DNA of 48,714 nucleotides, counting the filler, from Bipalium vagum (taxonomy: Eukaryota): the NCBI GenBank assembly GCA_037834085.1. It is 2 parts of 2 records of this genome, joined end to end, with 100 filler letters (N's around TTAATTAATTAA, not from the genome) between each part and the next. Parts side by side here need not be neighbours in the genome. Positions count along the whole stretch, not along the records: positions 1 to 25,310 come from JBBMKC010195497.1; 1 more part is not named here. The stretch is one strand, 5' to 3'. Under the pieces are notes generated by a model. The model did not search any database. It was not told the DNA's origin and saw nothing but the letters and a program-made list of their open reading frames with translations. Below are positions 1 to 13,800 of the stretch, piece by piece (positions within the stretch are counted from its first letter, which is position 1; every line of letters begins with the position of its first letter). The position numbers were made by a program, and so were the translations under genes.

Positions 1-11
1 TATTATTATTA

Positions 12-64
<53 letters not shown>

Positions 65-75
65 TTATTACTATT
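1..75. repeat. (ATT)n microsatellite
   Basis: Near-perfect TAT/ATT tandem repeat at the window start, inside the THNSL2-like intron. Confidence 0.9.
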
Positions 76-243
76 AAAGAATTTGAATAATTGATTTAAA
101 CTTATTTATGCTCTCTCAGTCAAGGAAATTTCTAATAAAAATTGTTAAAAATTTTAGTTATGAATGCTTTAAGACATATTTTAGTTTAATGAATAAGACT
201 AAAAATAAAATAAAATAAAATACTTCTTATAATAGTATGATAC

Positions 244-1376
244 CGCCGTCGCCGTATGCGGGCAAATATAATATTTCTCTTCATTGTAGCACCTTGTCAT
301 AGCCTCTATTGTATCGTAGCAGTTTACTGCTGCAGCATCTATAATCACATTGCGCATCTAAATTGAGTAAATAAATATTTTGTTTTTTCTAAGTCATATA
401 TATAATTAAAATATATAATAATATAATTAAAATAATATAATATTTAGGATAATGAGAGAGTTGGAATGTTTGTTTGGCTAATTATTAATTTATTATTAAT
501 TAAATTATTAATTAATTTTTATCATTAATTATCATATTTTAATTAATATAACATTTTTTAAAAAGTTGTCTTATTTCAAATAAAAATGATAACAATTTCT
601 CTGAATGTAAAATAAAAGTATTCGAATTAAAAATCATCTGAATATCTCTAAGTTAAAATATGGATTTTAAAAGGACTACAGACCTTTCTATAAAACAGAG
701 TATAATATAATGTTATACAATAAATATTATTATATTAAACAATATACTCATATAATTATTTTTTTTTACTAATAAATATTTTCGTGTTATTTATTCCATT
801 CGGAGATTAAATTTATTTTAAATTATTTTATATCATAATAATATTTACCCGATAAAAAATTTCCTTATTTACCTAATAAATTTATTTTATAATTTTATAA
901 ATGAAGAGGTATCATAAGAGGTATAGCATACTATTTTGAAAATGGAATTTTTAAATATTTACAATACGTTTATTTATTAATTATTATATATAATATATAT
1001 TATAATCTAATATATTAGTAATATATTATCATTTTATATTTATATGATATATAATATAATATTATAATTTTTATTTTTACATAAAATCATAAAATAGTAC
1101 CTTTTTCATGAAAGTTTCAGGAAGAAAAACTTTTTCATTGTTATCAACTCTTTTAACTACAGATCTGACAAACTTTGTATCATGATCAGAAAATATCCAT
1201 AATAACCTTGGAAGATTATAAGGCAACTAAAAGGAAAAGTTTAATCAAAATATTTATTAAAAATGTCAAAATAAATATTTATTTTTTGTGCACAATCAGT
1301 AACAAAAGAAAATATTAAAGAAAAATAGTAATCTAGATGTTTATCTACATATAATATAATAATAATATTAAAAATG

Positions 1377-1430
<54 letters not shown>

Positions 1431-4400
1431 TTGTTATTGTTATTGTTATTATTATTGGATTTTTTTATGAAAATAGACAAACTGCAGTATCCATTGCACT
1501 TGACCACGAAAAGTGCGATTCTTTCTGTTTCTCAAGGACTCCATATTTTATCATCTGATAACCAAAGTCATTTTCATTATTGCAAAGGATAATTTTGATC
1601 GGTAATCCCATTGTGCTGGCTAAGCATGCACCTAGTTGCAATGAAAAAATTAATTAAAAAAACTAATAAAATTGATTTAATATCATTAATTACCGTTCAA
1701 TAAAATTATAAGCTAAATAATCAATAAAATCTCACTTATCAGATTTCCCCATCCTCCACAAGGTATTGCAATATTAATGACGTCTCCAATATTTTCAGAA
1801 ACCTTTCAAATAAGTAATTCATTTTTAATTTAGAAAACTTCATCTAACATTTAAGTTATGATAAATTCGTATAATATTAAAAAAGAAATTTACGCCTATT
1901 CAGCATAAATTCAAAATAATGATTTTTACAATTTTTTTTCTATTTAAATATTATTTTGATAATCTGATCACACAGAAATTTTCGAAAATGTTGAGCTAAA
2001 TAAATGAAAGTAAAAAAAATTAAATAAATAATATTTTTTCTGAATATTATAAATTTTTTTGTTTTATTATACAATATTATGCCTCGAATCAATTATTTTA
2101 AATAATCATTTCTGGAGTTAACATTAAAATTAAAAATTATAAATACATTTAGTTTTTATAATTATATAAAAATTTAAAATTACAAAATTATATTAGAGCT
2201 AGTCATATTTTTATTAAATAAAAATGTGATATGTATTGATAATAATAATAGACAATAAATAATAATATTGATAATAATAATAAAATATTATTACTAATAA
2301 TAACAAAAATGTAATAAATCAAGAAAAAGATTAAAATAAAAAAAGATTAAAGAAACAAACTAATATTTTAAATTAATAAATAAAATAATTAATAATAAAA
2401 ATAATAAAATAAATAATAATAAAAAAAGATTTAAATAATTATATATAAAAGTAAATAAACGAAAATTTATTGTTATAATGATAATTTTTCACAAATAATA
2501 ATTATTATTAACTATTTTATGAAATTATTAATTCCTTATCCAATATTTTCATAATAAAATAACGATTTTGACGATTCATAAACCCATTTAATAAAAAATA
2601 CTTCGCTTTTACCTGTAGGTAAGTATAAATGTGCAGGGTTATTTGGCAGATAATTCTGCCGCAGTTGAGAGAATTGAGGCAAGAAATGTTGTAATAATTA
2701 CAAAATTCCTCGTCGGCGTTAATATCGCGTATATATTCTTCTATGTCATCACAGGTACCCGCACCTACAAAATAATATAAAAATACGATTTTAAATTATT
2801 CTTAAATTTTTTATTAATTTAAAATTTTATATTTCTCTTTATTTTATTATCACTTTTATTGTTTATTAAATTTTTCATATTATTACACAAAATACGAAAA
2901 ATTGGTTAAATATTATGAAATGTTAAAATTAATAATAATAAAAGAAAAATAATAATAATAAAAAAAAATAAATTCACCGAATAAAAAATAAGCAGAGTAA
3001 TTAATGAGAACAAAAATAAAGAGAAAAATAGAGCTTGTAAAATGTTTAAATTAAAACCGTTAGTTCAACAAGTAAAACACTTACATTCTACAGCAAAGCC
3101 ATTGTCACAATCTGCAGTTATCATCTGCAGTCGTTGGATTTCCGTCACCCGGTCCTTGGGAAATATAGCAAAAGTGTTTATGTAATCTGTGAAATATCTA
3201 GATGCTTCAAGAGCACTACTTCCTGTATCACCTGTTGTTGCAATCAAAAGATTTTGTTTTTTTATTACTGCTTCACTCGGACAGAGAACTTTGTATTTTA
3301 TTGCTTTATCAATAAGAAAAGTTAACGGAAACATCGCATAGTCTTTAAAAGCCAAAGTTGGACCGTGGAATAGCTCGACAACGGAGAACTTTGAGAATTT
3401 TTTAATTGGAATCATTTCTTTTTTGAACTTTTTGAAGGTCTCCATTTCAATATCTAGAGAACAAGAAATTCGATGAAACGTACAATTTTAAAATGATGTT
3501 CATTTTATTTTATTTATTTATTATTAAATATTGAAATATTGTAAGCAAATAGAGGTAACATCTTAATCTAAGTGAGAGATTCATTTTTTTAATATAATAA
3601 TATATGAAATATTTTGGATCATGTTTTTTTGACCGAAATGACTAACAAGTATATTTTTAGACCGATTGATTACACCAAGTTTCAGTTTTGACCGAACTAT
3701 TATATCAATATATTTTTTATATAAATACTCAAATTTTTCATGTTGATGATAAAGAAATGAATATTAAATTAATAATTAGTATAGAGATGGGTGTTCTATA
3801 CGATGGAATTTTGTTTTTAAGAGAAAACAGTCAGTTATTACTATTAGGTAATTTATAATACTTATGTTACCCTACCCTATTAATGTTTTTAGATAAATGC
3901 GATGGTTGTGGCAAGATATTCGAAACATGTACATCAAAAAGAAACACTGATTGTACTTCTGGACGCTTCTACACGAAATGGAGAGTCTATTCCCAACTGT
4001 CTCAAGATTCTCACACCCAAAGAGTTAAATCGATTTGGGAGAAACTGAAGACTAAGATTGTTTCAGCGAAAAAAAAACAATCTAATATTTTTTATATTAA
4101 TAATAATAATATTAAATTATTAAAATTCTTTTATTCCATACTGGGGTAATTTTTATTCAAGAAATTAAAACAGAATTAATTAATTATTTAAAATTTTCTG
4201 AATATCGTAGCGAACTGAAATTGGAAAATTTCTTTTTATTATAAATTAATTAATTAATGGAGTTAAAAAATTCTTAATTTATGAACTTAACGTTTTTTAA
4301 TGTGAAAATGCTTTATTAAACCGAATCAAGCAATAACCTTGTAAGTAATCATAAACTGGATCGCTTTTGTTAACAATCAGTTGAAGAAACTTGGTTAATA

Positions 4401-4560
4401 ATGTTGGATAACTGAGCTGTCTCCAACCATTGAGAATATCTTCATTCAGTGGCGGCAGATTCTCAGGCATCAGTAGACCTCCGTCTGGGCAGAATCCCGT
4501 CATAATCGCCTTGGAAAACGAAGTCACTTCATAATTACCATGAGTACTTAAAAATTTCAT
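244..4560 (-). CDS. THNSL2: Threonine synthase-like 2 (PLP-dependent); 3' end lies beyond the left edge of the window
   Basis: Hand-spliced exons (-): 4560-4338, 3453-3085, 2764-2613, 1802-1736, 1631-1483, 1226-1101, 357-244. All have GT-AG borders and consistent phases. Motifs: MKFLSTHG, G..PDGGLLMP, ELFHGPTLAFKD (PLP lysine), ATTGDTGS, IQRLQMIT, NSLNCGRI, IPCGGWGNL, MGLPI, SAMD, PYNL, CPHTATA. These resemble animal THNSL2. Confidence 0.9.
1352..1456. repeat. (AAT)n followed by (TTA/TTG)n microsatellite
   Basis: Tandem trinucleotide repeats in a THNSL2 intron; the source of the spurious poly-Ile/Asn ORFs. Confidence 0.9.
3615..4150 (+). mobile_element. Degenerate Merlin (IS1595/ISXO2-like) DNA transposon in THNSL2 intron 1
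   Basis: Starts GGATC with repeated GACCGA subterminal units. ORF 3883-4149 has a CxxC (CDGC) and KWRVYSQL...HTQRVKSIWEKLKTKI, matching the ISXO2-type W..Y..L and HTQ.IES.W..LK motifs. Shares sequence with the copy at 33370-33695. Confidence 0.6.
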
Positions 4561-5424
4561 TTTCACCAGAGTTCAATTTTATTAAATTGTTATTACATAA
4601 ATGGGACATATATATATATAGTCTTGTATAAAACTGAAGATCAAGGTCTACTTTAAAATGATTTCGTCATTAGTAATAAAGTGTCGGTCTCACGCTTCTT
4701 AGAAGCTTTGGTTATTTATTATTCAATAAAATAATACAAAATAAAAAATAATATAATATAATTAAAAATATTTAATATTTTATGTAAATAAACAATTTAT
4801 TTTTAACTGAATAAAATGTAATATTTTAAGTTAATATTTAATATATTATTTTATTTATATTATTTTATTATATATTATTATATATAATTAAAAATTATTT
4901 TATTATTATATATAAATTAAAATTATATTATATTATTTTATTTTATATATTGAGTTAATATTTAAGTTAAAAAAGAGAAATAAATAAAGTTTATAAAAAT
5001 AAATTACTTAGGTTAATAAATAAAAAAAAATTGTCTCTTTAAATTAATAAATAAATAATTACACATATGTAGTACTGCACATTAAACATTAAAAAATGAA
5101 ATGCTTTTAAGATAATTTAATACTTCGTGACTTTTAGTTAAATTCGGAGAGCTCTAAATATTGGAACAAATTTGAAAATTTAATTTTGTATTTTTAAATC
5201 GGATAATTTAATTTTGTAATATTTTGTGAGTTTTTCATCTACGAATCCAGTTGAAATCTGCAAGAAGTAAAGTTTTCTTATTTTGCGTTAAATTAAAATT
5301 GAAAATTAATGATGATATAAGTATAATAAATAATAAAAAATAATATTTATAAAATCTATATAACAAGTTATAGTAGATATAAAGATGGAACCAAAATCAA
5401 GAAAATAACTTTATCTCCGTCTTT

Positions 5425-5432
5425 TATTTATT

Positions 5433-5485
<53 letters not shown>
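5425..5485. repeat. (TTTA)n/(TTA)n microsatellite
   Basis: Direct tandem repeat. Confidence 0.85.
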
Positions 5486-5486
<1 letters not shown>

Positions 5487-6539
5487 TTTTTATCATCTTG
5501 GACATTAAGTCAAGATTTAAATTAGAATAATAAATAATAAATTAATATTCTAGTAATATTCTAAAGGTTTCCTTCTAAAATTTCTTTCAAAAATTCACAG
5601 TTTTGTAGCGTTTTGTGATTACAAAAAGAATTTTTTTGAAATTTGTTCAAGAAATAGCAGAGATGTAAATTCATGAAAATTATTGAATATTCACAATTTA
5701 AATAATAATTTTCTGTTAAACAATAAGTATTGATTAAATAAATAAATAATCATTAATTAAAACTTTATAAAATTATTACTAATAATAATTTAATAAATAA
5801 ATAAAATTTTTTAATTTAGTTATTTTTAATAATAAATAATTTATTTAATAATTAAACAGTAATAAACCATAATTAATTAAATATTTGATTAAATAATTAT
5901 AATCTTTATATTTTGTTCACAACTTTTCTGCTAGAGCCTTAGGTTTCATTATGATAAATGTTCCACAGTAATTTTATTGACATTATTGTAATAATAAAAA
6001 GTCAAATTTAGAATTAATTAGCTCTATACACATAACGCAAATAAAATTGCAAAACTCATCAAGCATACAAACAGAAATCAGATAATTCATTCTCACAATT
6101 CTTAATATAAATATTTATTATTTTTTAATTTTACCCAAGCCTTCAATAATTGAGATTTCGACATACCTAAGATGTTGACATTCGAAAATGTCAGCTTTGT
6201 TTGACGAGACCATCAACTAGCATTTGTTCCAAGTGAGAAATTTCTATATCAACATTGTGAAGAGCTAATCTTTGATATTTCATGTTGAATCCTATGAGAA
6301 AATTAGTTCCAATGATTCAATCTTTGTTTATTGACAAGGCTTTAGGAAACCTCTCTTTCAATGGAAAATAAATCTCTTAAGATCTTTCTGATTGTTCTGG
6401 TGTATCGTGGAATCTTATGGTGACTATACAATAATATCAGGTAATCAACAAGGTTCGAGTGGGATTTTGTATGAAAATAGTAAAAATCAAATAAAGATTA
6501 ATAAATAGGCCTAAATTAAATATTATTCATTAAAATAAT

Positions 6540-7559
6540 CGCCATGACAATAAAAAACATTTTTCCAACGAGAAATAAGTTTATAATACCGTCTTTATAC
6601 AATTTAGAGTCTTTCGATTTAAAAAATTTACTAACTTCTAATTTCAATTTCTTTTCTATTTTTGAATTTTTTTTTTCGAAAATTATTTTCCAGGTAGAAA
6701 AAATTGATAGTCTGTAGGAGAAATACCAGGACAATATGGTTAATGTACCAGAATTTTCCAATATAATGCTTCAATTTTGTCTTGGGTGAGTTTTGCAACA
6801 CATGGTCTTGCTTAATAGTGCATAATATCATTTTATTTCTATTTTTAGGCCTAACTTTTGTTGAAGTAGCAAATCTTTTACTTTATTAAGTTGCTCTATA
6901 TATAAATCAGTATTTATGGATTTAGTCGTGTCGAGAAACTCGTAGTGAATGATACTTGTTACATACAAAATATGATTATTTATTCTTGGGGTATTGGTAT
7001 TGGATTTTTTGGTAAAAAGCAAATATGTTTTCGTTTGTTATTGATGAATCCATTTTATTATTTGCTTATCCATTTTTCACCGCAGGTTAAAAACGTTCAA
7101 AAATGATGTTACACAATGAGGTGAAATATGAGAAGGGCATAGTATTAGCCTGAGAAGCTTGTTAATGAATGTGGGATTACCTGGCCAGTTTCCATGATTT
7201 CCATGGAATCATGATTTTACAATTGCATGGAAATGTGTGCGACACTTCGTACTTAGATTAAACATTTTGGCTGACGTAACTAAACTTTTAACTAAATTTG
7301 AAATTTTTCTCAATATTTTTTAAAAACTTTTCTTTTTTAATGTCTAATGGTCTCCCAAGCGTGATGTATCTGTTAAGTTCTTAGGATGGGTGTTGTTTAC
7401 AACGATAAAAGTTTATCCTAATCACTTAACGTGGCTCGTAAAATCTGTTTATACTCAGAAGGTTTTAGGGTATATACGTGTTCAGATTTAAAACAAATGT
7501 GTGTGAAATATAATTTCAACTGTCTAAAAAATTTATGAATACTTTTAATCGACTGGGTA
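6540..7559 (-). mobile_element. Degenerate mariner transposon
   Basis: Fragmented transposase on -: TCGE(K)W-like segment, IIHYEFLDT..INTDLYIEQLNKVKDLL, QDHVLQN, and a C-terminal FFKSKDSKLYKDGIINL segment; many frameshifts. Confidence 0.7.
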
Positions 7560-8579
7560 ATATAAAAAGAATCAATATAAAACTATCAACTGAATTTATA
7601 ACTTTAAATATATAACTTTAATATATTTATAAATATTTGGTTGAACAAAAACAAATTAATAATAACAAGTATTACACAAATTTTATATTAGAGTTCAAAC
7701 CCCGGAGAAAATGGATTTAAAAGAAAGTTAGATTGCTCTTCGCTATCTTAGTCTCAAGAGCCTTTGGTTGAAAAAGCGCCTCTCCGTCCTACTAGACGTA
7801 GAGAAGGCAAAAAGAATAAAATACTAAGAAGAACAAAAACAATTATTTGATGTTGACGGAATAATTGGAGTTCTATCCAATTATACAATTTTTGTTAAAA
7901 TTTTTTAGGAATTAATTAATTATCAAATTTGTGATCAAATTGGTAATGAAAATATACAACTAGAGATTAAATTGTTATTTCAATAATAAAAGAAAACTAG
8001 TTATTCAGTTATCACGGAAACGTCGAATACTTGTTAAATTCTTAGTTAATGTTTTGAGATCTTTGTGTCGGAATTGTTCTTGGTCTCTGGTTGAAGAATT
8101 ATCATCTTGTCTTGTGAATTCTATCGTCTTGAAAACTGTTTTTGCCTGTGGTTGTTTGTCCGTCTGATTTTGTCCGAAATTCCCTTTTCTTTTATATAAA
8201 TGTCAGCGGATATTTGATACTAGGCTGCTTCTGGGCTGTTACTCGTTATTAGTATCACGTAAAAATTTTCTGGAAATATAATTCTTCTCTACTCCGTAAT
8301 ACGATATTCAAAAACGTTTTATATTCTTTTCTGTCAATATTAAAATTTTTTGCGTCCTTTAATAATAAAAATAATTGCTATTTATATTTATTATTTCTTA
8401 TCTACTTTTATTTATAGTAACTTAATTTTACTATTTTTATTTTTTATAACTTATTTTTCTTATTCAATTAACCAATTTTGTTATTATTTTTAATTTTAGT
8501 AATAATTAGTAATAATAATAATTATTTTTTCTAAATTTATAATTGTCCTTCTTTATTTATTGTTTTATAATAATTAAGT

Positions 8580-8960
8580 CACAATTGCTACTAGATCTAC
8601 GTTTAATTCTTGATTTTTGAAAACGCTTTTTTTGGTTTCGGCTCATCTACTCACTTCAATTCACTACTTTGACTCTAGGTTTATGGATCATATTTGAAAC
8701 AACACGTCTCATCACCAGTTAAAATTGAGTACATATAATCTGGATATATTTGATGAGATCTTTACAATCTTCAATACAAGTTGTTTTTTGGTCTTTATTT
8801 AATGCATGGGGAACAAAATTGGCAAAAACCTTTCTTGTACCCAAATCTTTCGTTAAAATTGTCCAAATGGTAAAGACACTTGTTTTTAATTCTCATGCTA
8901 ACATTCTCACAGTCATTTTACCATCAGAAGCAATGATTTAAATTGCTTAGATTAAAATTG
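8580..8960 (-). mobile_element. Mariner transposase fragment
   Basis: Minus strand reads TIWTILTKDLGTRKVFANFVPHALNKDQK (WVPHEL-like), then ILTGDETCCFKYDP (first catalytic Asp motif). Confidence 0.75.
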
Positions 8961-9149
8961 CTAATAAATTGCTAAGATTAGATCAGGGTCCGCAAGTAGG
9001 GACCAATGTGGAATTAATGGTCTAAAACTGGAATTGACATTTCCCATTAAGGATACTAGTCTATGACTGATTAGTCCTCTGACCACTATAGTATATAAGG
9101 CATTACATTGCTCAATGGACTGCCACAAAAAGAGAACGAATAAAATTTG

Positions 9150-10270
9150 TATTTTATTTGAATATTTATTGGAGGAATTTGTCGGAAGATTCTATAAGAA
9201 AAAATTTGTCGGAAGAATTTCTTAGAAAACAGTCGTCAGAAGAAAACATTAGTAGATTCAATTTGGTGAATATATTTTGTTATGTCCAGTTTTATGCAAC
9301 AGGAGTCCACGATGGGTCCTGCGCTGCTAAGGCGTTCATGAGCAAACTGGACAGGGCTTATCAAACGATCCTTGAAACCATCGTCTACGATCTGAGGTTA
9401 CGAATAGTTTCATAGTAATATAAAGCGTAACAATTAGTGAGCTGCCCACGTAATTTCAGCTGATATTGTTTTATTTTGAGTGTGTTATTTTTTGTTCAAA
9501 TAAGTTTGTGAGTATATTTGATTATTGTAAATCCTGTGTGGGATAAAATTGTTTTTGGTTTTGAACTTATTGTAAAGTCCAATTTGATATTAAAAGTCGT
9601 TAATATTTTTAGAAAATTTTTTGATAAAGCCCGTTATGGTAGGAAAGTTCGCTTGGTTTGAGTGAGAATTTTAGAAACAATCTGGCGAATGAGAGAAAAT
9701 CAGTTATAGATACACCAAGAGTATTGACAAGGAGTTCAACGAAGATACTTAAGAGCTTTTTGGAAAAGGAAGTAAATAATGAGGAGAAACAGGAAGACAT
9801 AGAAGAGCTTTATCAAGAAGAGGAATAAGATGTTGATACAGAAGTTAAGGAAGAATCAAGAATGGATTACATGTTATCGGTGACATTGCCGGTTAGAGTA
9901 TTTTACGGAGAGTCAACAGACTGAGTAAAGATAGGTAGCGGAAGCGTTAGGAAATGATGAGATTTGAATAGTGAATGCATTGATAAATAAAAAATTTCAA
10001 AACTTGTGATTTAATAAATTAGAAATTAAACTTTTTATATTTTAGTTCAAAAAATAAAAAAATAAGTTTAAGAAAACTCTAGGCACAAAAGGAAAGCGGT
10101 TTGTAAAAGCCTTATGTGAAAGAAAAAGGTATGTAATGTCGTTTTGTTGGAGATTGAAACTAAGATTAAACATTTATTTAATTTGATGGAAATGAGAAAT
10201 GATAATCTCAAGTGTGCTTTCTCTAAAGAGGAGTACTTTGCAATCTGCAATACGTGGTCATGGTTGCTTT
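9150..10270 (+). mobile_element. Decayed LTR-retrotransposon leader/gag relic
   Basis: Purine-rich broken ORF with an acidic tract, LPVRVFYGESTD (gag P..F.G-like) and a frameshifted IC..RGH zinc-knuckle remnant near 10240-10265. Confidence 0.4.
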
Positions 10271-10887
10271 TCAGCTAAATCACGGAAAATCCATAAATCA
10301 CACTTTTATCCTTTCTAAGTGCTTTGAAATGAGTTGATTTGCAAACAATAAAATAAAGAGCAAGCTGTATCACTGTTAACTGAATACCCTTTTCAACAGC
10401 TCATTTCAAATTTAAAAAATTCTTCGTTTGATATTTGAAAATTTAATTTTATTATTTCTTATGTATTATGTTTAATATATTAATTCTTAATTTATTATTT
10501 TATAAAGGTATAACAGTTTAAAGTATTAAAAATATCAATATAATATTAATTAAAATATTAATATTATTTTTAAAAATATGAATAACGAGAATACATGGGA
10601 AAACGGTTAAGTTTTTTTATTCTTTGATAAACAAGAAATATAAGAATTCACAATTATTTTACTTTTTAATTATTTTAAAGAAATCTCAACTTGAAGAATT
10701 TAGCAATAAATACGGTTTCGTTTAAATATATTACTTATTATATTTGAAATATAATAATCAGTCTATTTATAGTAAATATTTTAAGTCGAAATATTTTATA
10801 TTTTATGAAAATTAATTAATATATGTTATAATTGATCTCGAGTTTGGATTTATAATTTTTTCATCTATTTTCTATTTTTAATTTTAG

Positions 10888-13800
10888 ATGGATATATTAG
10901 TTGAGAGTTTAGAATATTATTATGATGAAGATTTTGCTGTGCCGTTCGATATTGGTATTTCAGAAGAAAACAATAATACTAACTTGCATTTGGATTATCA
11001 TTGTGAAAATATGTTGAAATATGCTGATTTAACTGATGAAGATGAGGAAAATGAACATGACGAAGATTTTGAAAATGAAGACTTTGAACGCTTAATTTTA
11101 ACACCTGATATTTTTAATCATATGAAATTGAATAATTTTAACAAATCCAATCAGAATAATAAAGTAATTAAAGTGATAAATCTTCGACATAGTTACGAAT
11201 GTGAAATCAAACGGCCTGAATCAACTCACAGTGCCGTTCGCATGAGTTGTAGCAGTAGTAGCAGTCCTATTAGCAGCAGTTCAGTGGGGACTAATAATAT
11301 TGAGAAGTGCAATAGAGTGTATTTCGATACCCAAAATGTGTCTTTCAATGAATCGATTTATTCGTTAAAAAGCCGAATGCCTCTTTTCAATGTAAATAAC
11401 AAAAATATTTTGGTCAATTATCATCTGAATTTTACTGCACAAGACTCCTTGTTAAATTCAAGTTATATTTCACTGACAACTTCAAACAATGGATTAATTG
11501 ATAAGAAGAAGCTCGATAAACAAAATTGTGTTACGGAGAAAAATGAAATGAGTGATTCAAACAAATATATTTGCAATACAGCTGACATTATTCTGCAAAA
11601 CCTAACCGAGAGTCAAAAAACAATTTTTTATGGCTTGGGCTCCATCAACAATAAATCTTTGAAGCCAGAATCCATTTTGTGGCGACAAGTCAAGTTTTTA
11701 TTGAACTACTATTACAAAGGCTGGAAATTATTGAATCTTTTTAAACAGTTTCGTAAAAAGACTCGGTCCCAGTGTTCGTCGACAGATGAAGTTGTGTTTT
11801 ACCGTTTGAATAACAATCTTCAACGGAAGCAAAGCTATTCGTGTTCGGTTTTGGAAATTTACAATTCTATAAATGACTTGGAACGAAGATTTGATAATAC
11901 AAATTTGATAAGAAATTGCGAAAAAAATAAATCAATACAGAATTTCAGCTGTCAATTTCCTCCGAAATCCCGTTCTCACTTGCACAAACCGAATTGTAAA
12001 AATCAAATAGCTGGTGCCCCGGTACGAATGAACATTAATCAAATATTCGATTATCCCGGTATTGGGAAGGTTAGTATGCCAAAGCCCACTCGATTGAGCA
12101 GTTCGGCTTTTTTGTCTTCAAATCTCCATTCTCATTTGACATTTCTTCAAACGTCGTCTATAAGTCATCACTCAGACATCACTTGCAACCGTCCTCATGA
12201 GGGTGACAGCAGAGACCAGTCTCCTCGATCGTTGTGTAATTTCAATTATCACAATAATAATATGTCCAACAAGCTCGAGTCAAACTTGAAACCATGCCTG
12301 GTTAGTTTTGTTATTTCTTAAATATTATTATTTTATTCTACGGAGCAAGGCAGTAAATTTAAAGTTTTAAGAAGAAATCTATATAATTATTGATTGAAAA
12401 TTTAAACTGGGAATTCGTTGATGATTTTGTAAAATACTTTGAGAATTAGAATAATAAAATTCACCAAAAATCCATTTATTTTCATTGAAATCAATTATTT
12501 TCAAATAATTTTGTCAGTAATTTTAATGATTTTTCTTTCGAAATTCACAGAATTTATTGATTTGAATTCGTTATTTAGTACTGGGGCCTTATGGTCCATT
12601 TTAATTTTCAAAAATCAATCGATCAATCCAATGATCGTTTGGGATAAAAATTTAACTCAGTTCTTTATGTCCAATATTTAAATTTTTTTCTTTCAGTTTG
12701 ATTATTTTGTGAGTTCTTCATTTTGTATTATCTAAATTTCCGAGTTTGACTTTCTTTGTCGATCTTACTGTTTTTCTCGTTCAGATCTTTCCGTTGATGG
12801 GCGTGCTCTGTAATTCACTTATAGTCTAATTCTCTCTTGTCTCATTTGAAGACAACCGTCTTTACTGTCGCCTTGGAAAGTGGCTTGATTGAGAAAAGTA
12901 GGATAAATGTTGTGAAAAATTGTTTCTGTGTCATTGGTGACATTTAAGATTATTCTTTTCGAAATTTATATCAGTTTCGATTAGTTTATAGCGATAATTT
13001 ACAAATGATACAATTTTATAAAATCGATTTTTCGATAGATATGGACAAACTTCGCGTTTTTCTTTAGCTTGGGTTTAACATTTTCTGTCTTGTCAATACA
13101 TTGATTATTTTAAAATATCACTATAAACCTGGTACATTTTTGTGTTGATTCAGGAGTGAATTCAATTGTTGTGTTACTTCCGGTTCTTTTTCGTGGTTTA
13201 TTATGACTGGATTATCTGTAAGCTTTCTCATAACTTCTGAAACTTAAACTTTTCATTTAACTTGTTGTTAAGCCCATGTTGTTTTCCAAATCTTGTCTGG
13301 TCAACAGACTTGGCAATAAAAACGGAAAATTTTTTAGAAAATCTAAATTTTGTCGAATTAATGGTAAAAGAGATCAGAAGTTGGTCTCATTTAATTAATC
13401 GGTCAATTTTCATTGGTTGATTTGAAATAAATGATTTTTTTTCATGAGTGACAGAGAAACTAAAGTACTTTTGTTCAGGCTGATAATCTTATAATTCTAA
13501 TTCAATCATTAAGTCATTTCATTTGGGGAGTAAGTCCATTTCTATAAGCTCTCATTAGTATTTTAGTTGTGCTTATCAAATTTATGATTTTTTAAATTGA
13601 ATAATTCTTAAAAATTTCAAATAAATGATTTTATCAAAATATCAATCAAATTTCAAATATTATTTTTTTTAGAATGTTTTTTTCATACTAAAATCCAGTA
13701 AAATTGTCCTAACATAAAAACTCAATTGATTTTCTAATCTATTATTTATTAAACAAATCAGTTGAGAAGAATTTTCGATTTGATACAAAAAATTTCCCTG

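Noticed and set aside
1241-1592. Poly-Ile/Asn/Leu ORFs (1241-1507 -, 1374-1592 +)
   Set aside because: Translations of a microsatellite in a THNSL2 intron, partly overlapping a real exon in another frame or strand.
6150-6480. Short minus-strand peptide MKYQRLALHNVDIEISHLEQMLVDGLVKQS
   Set aside because: Too short, with no family motif and no linked exons found.
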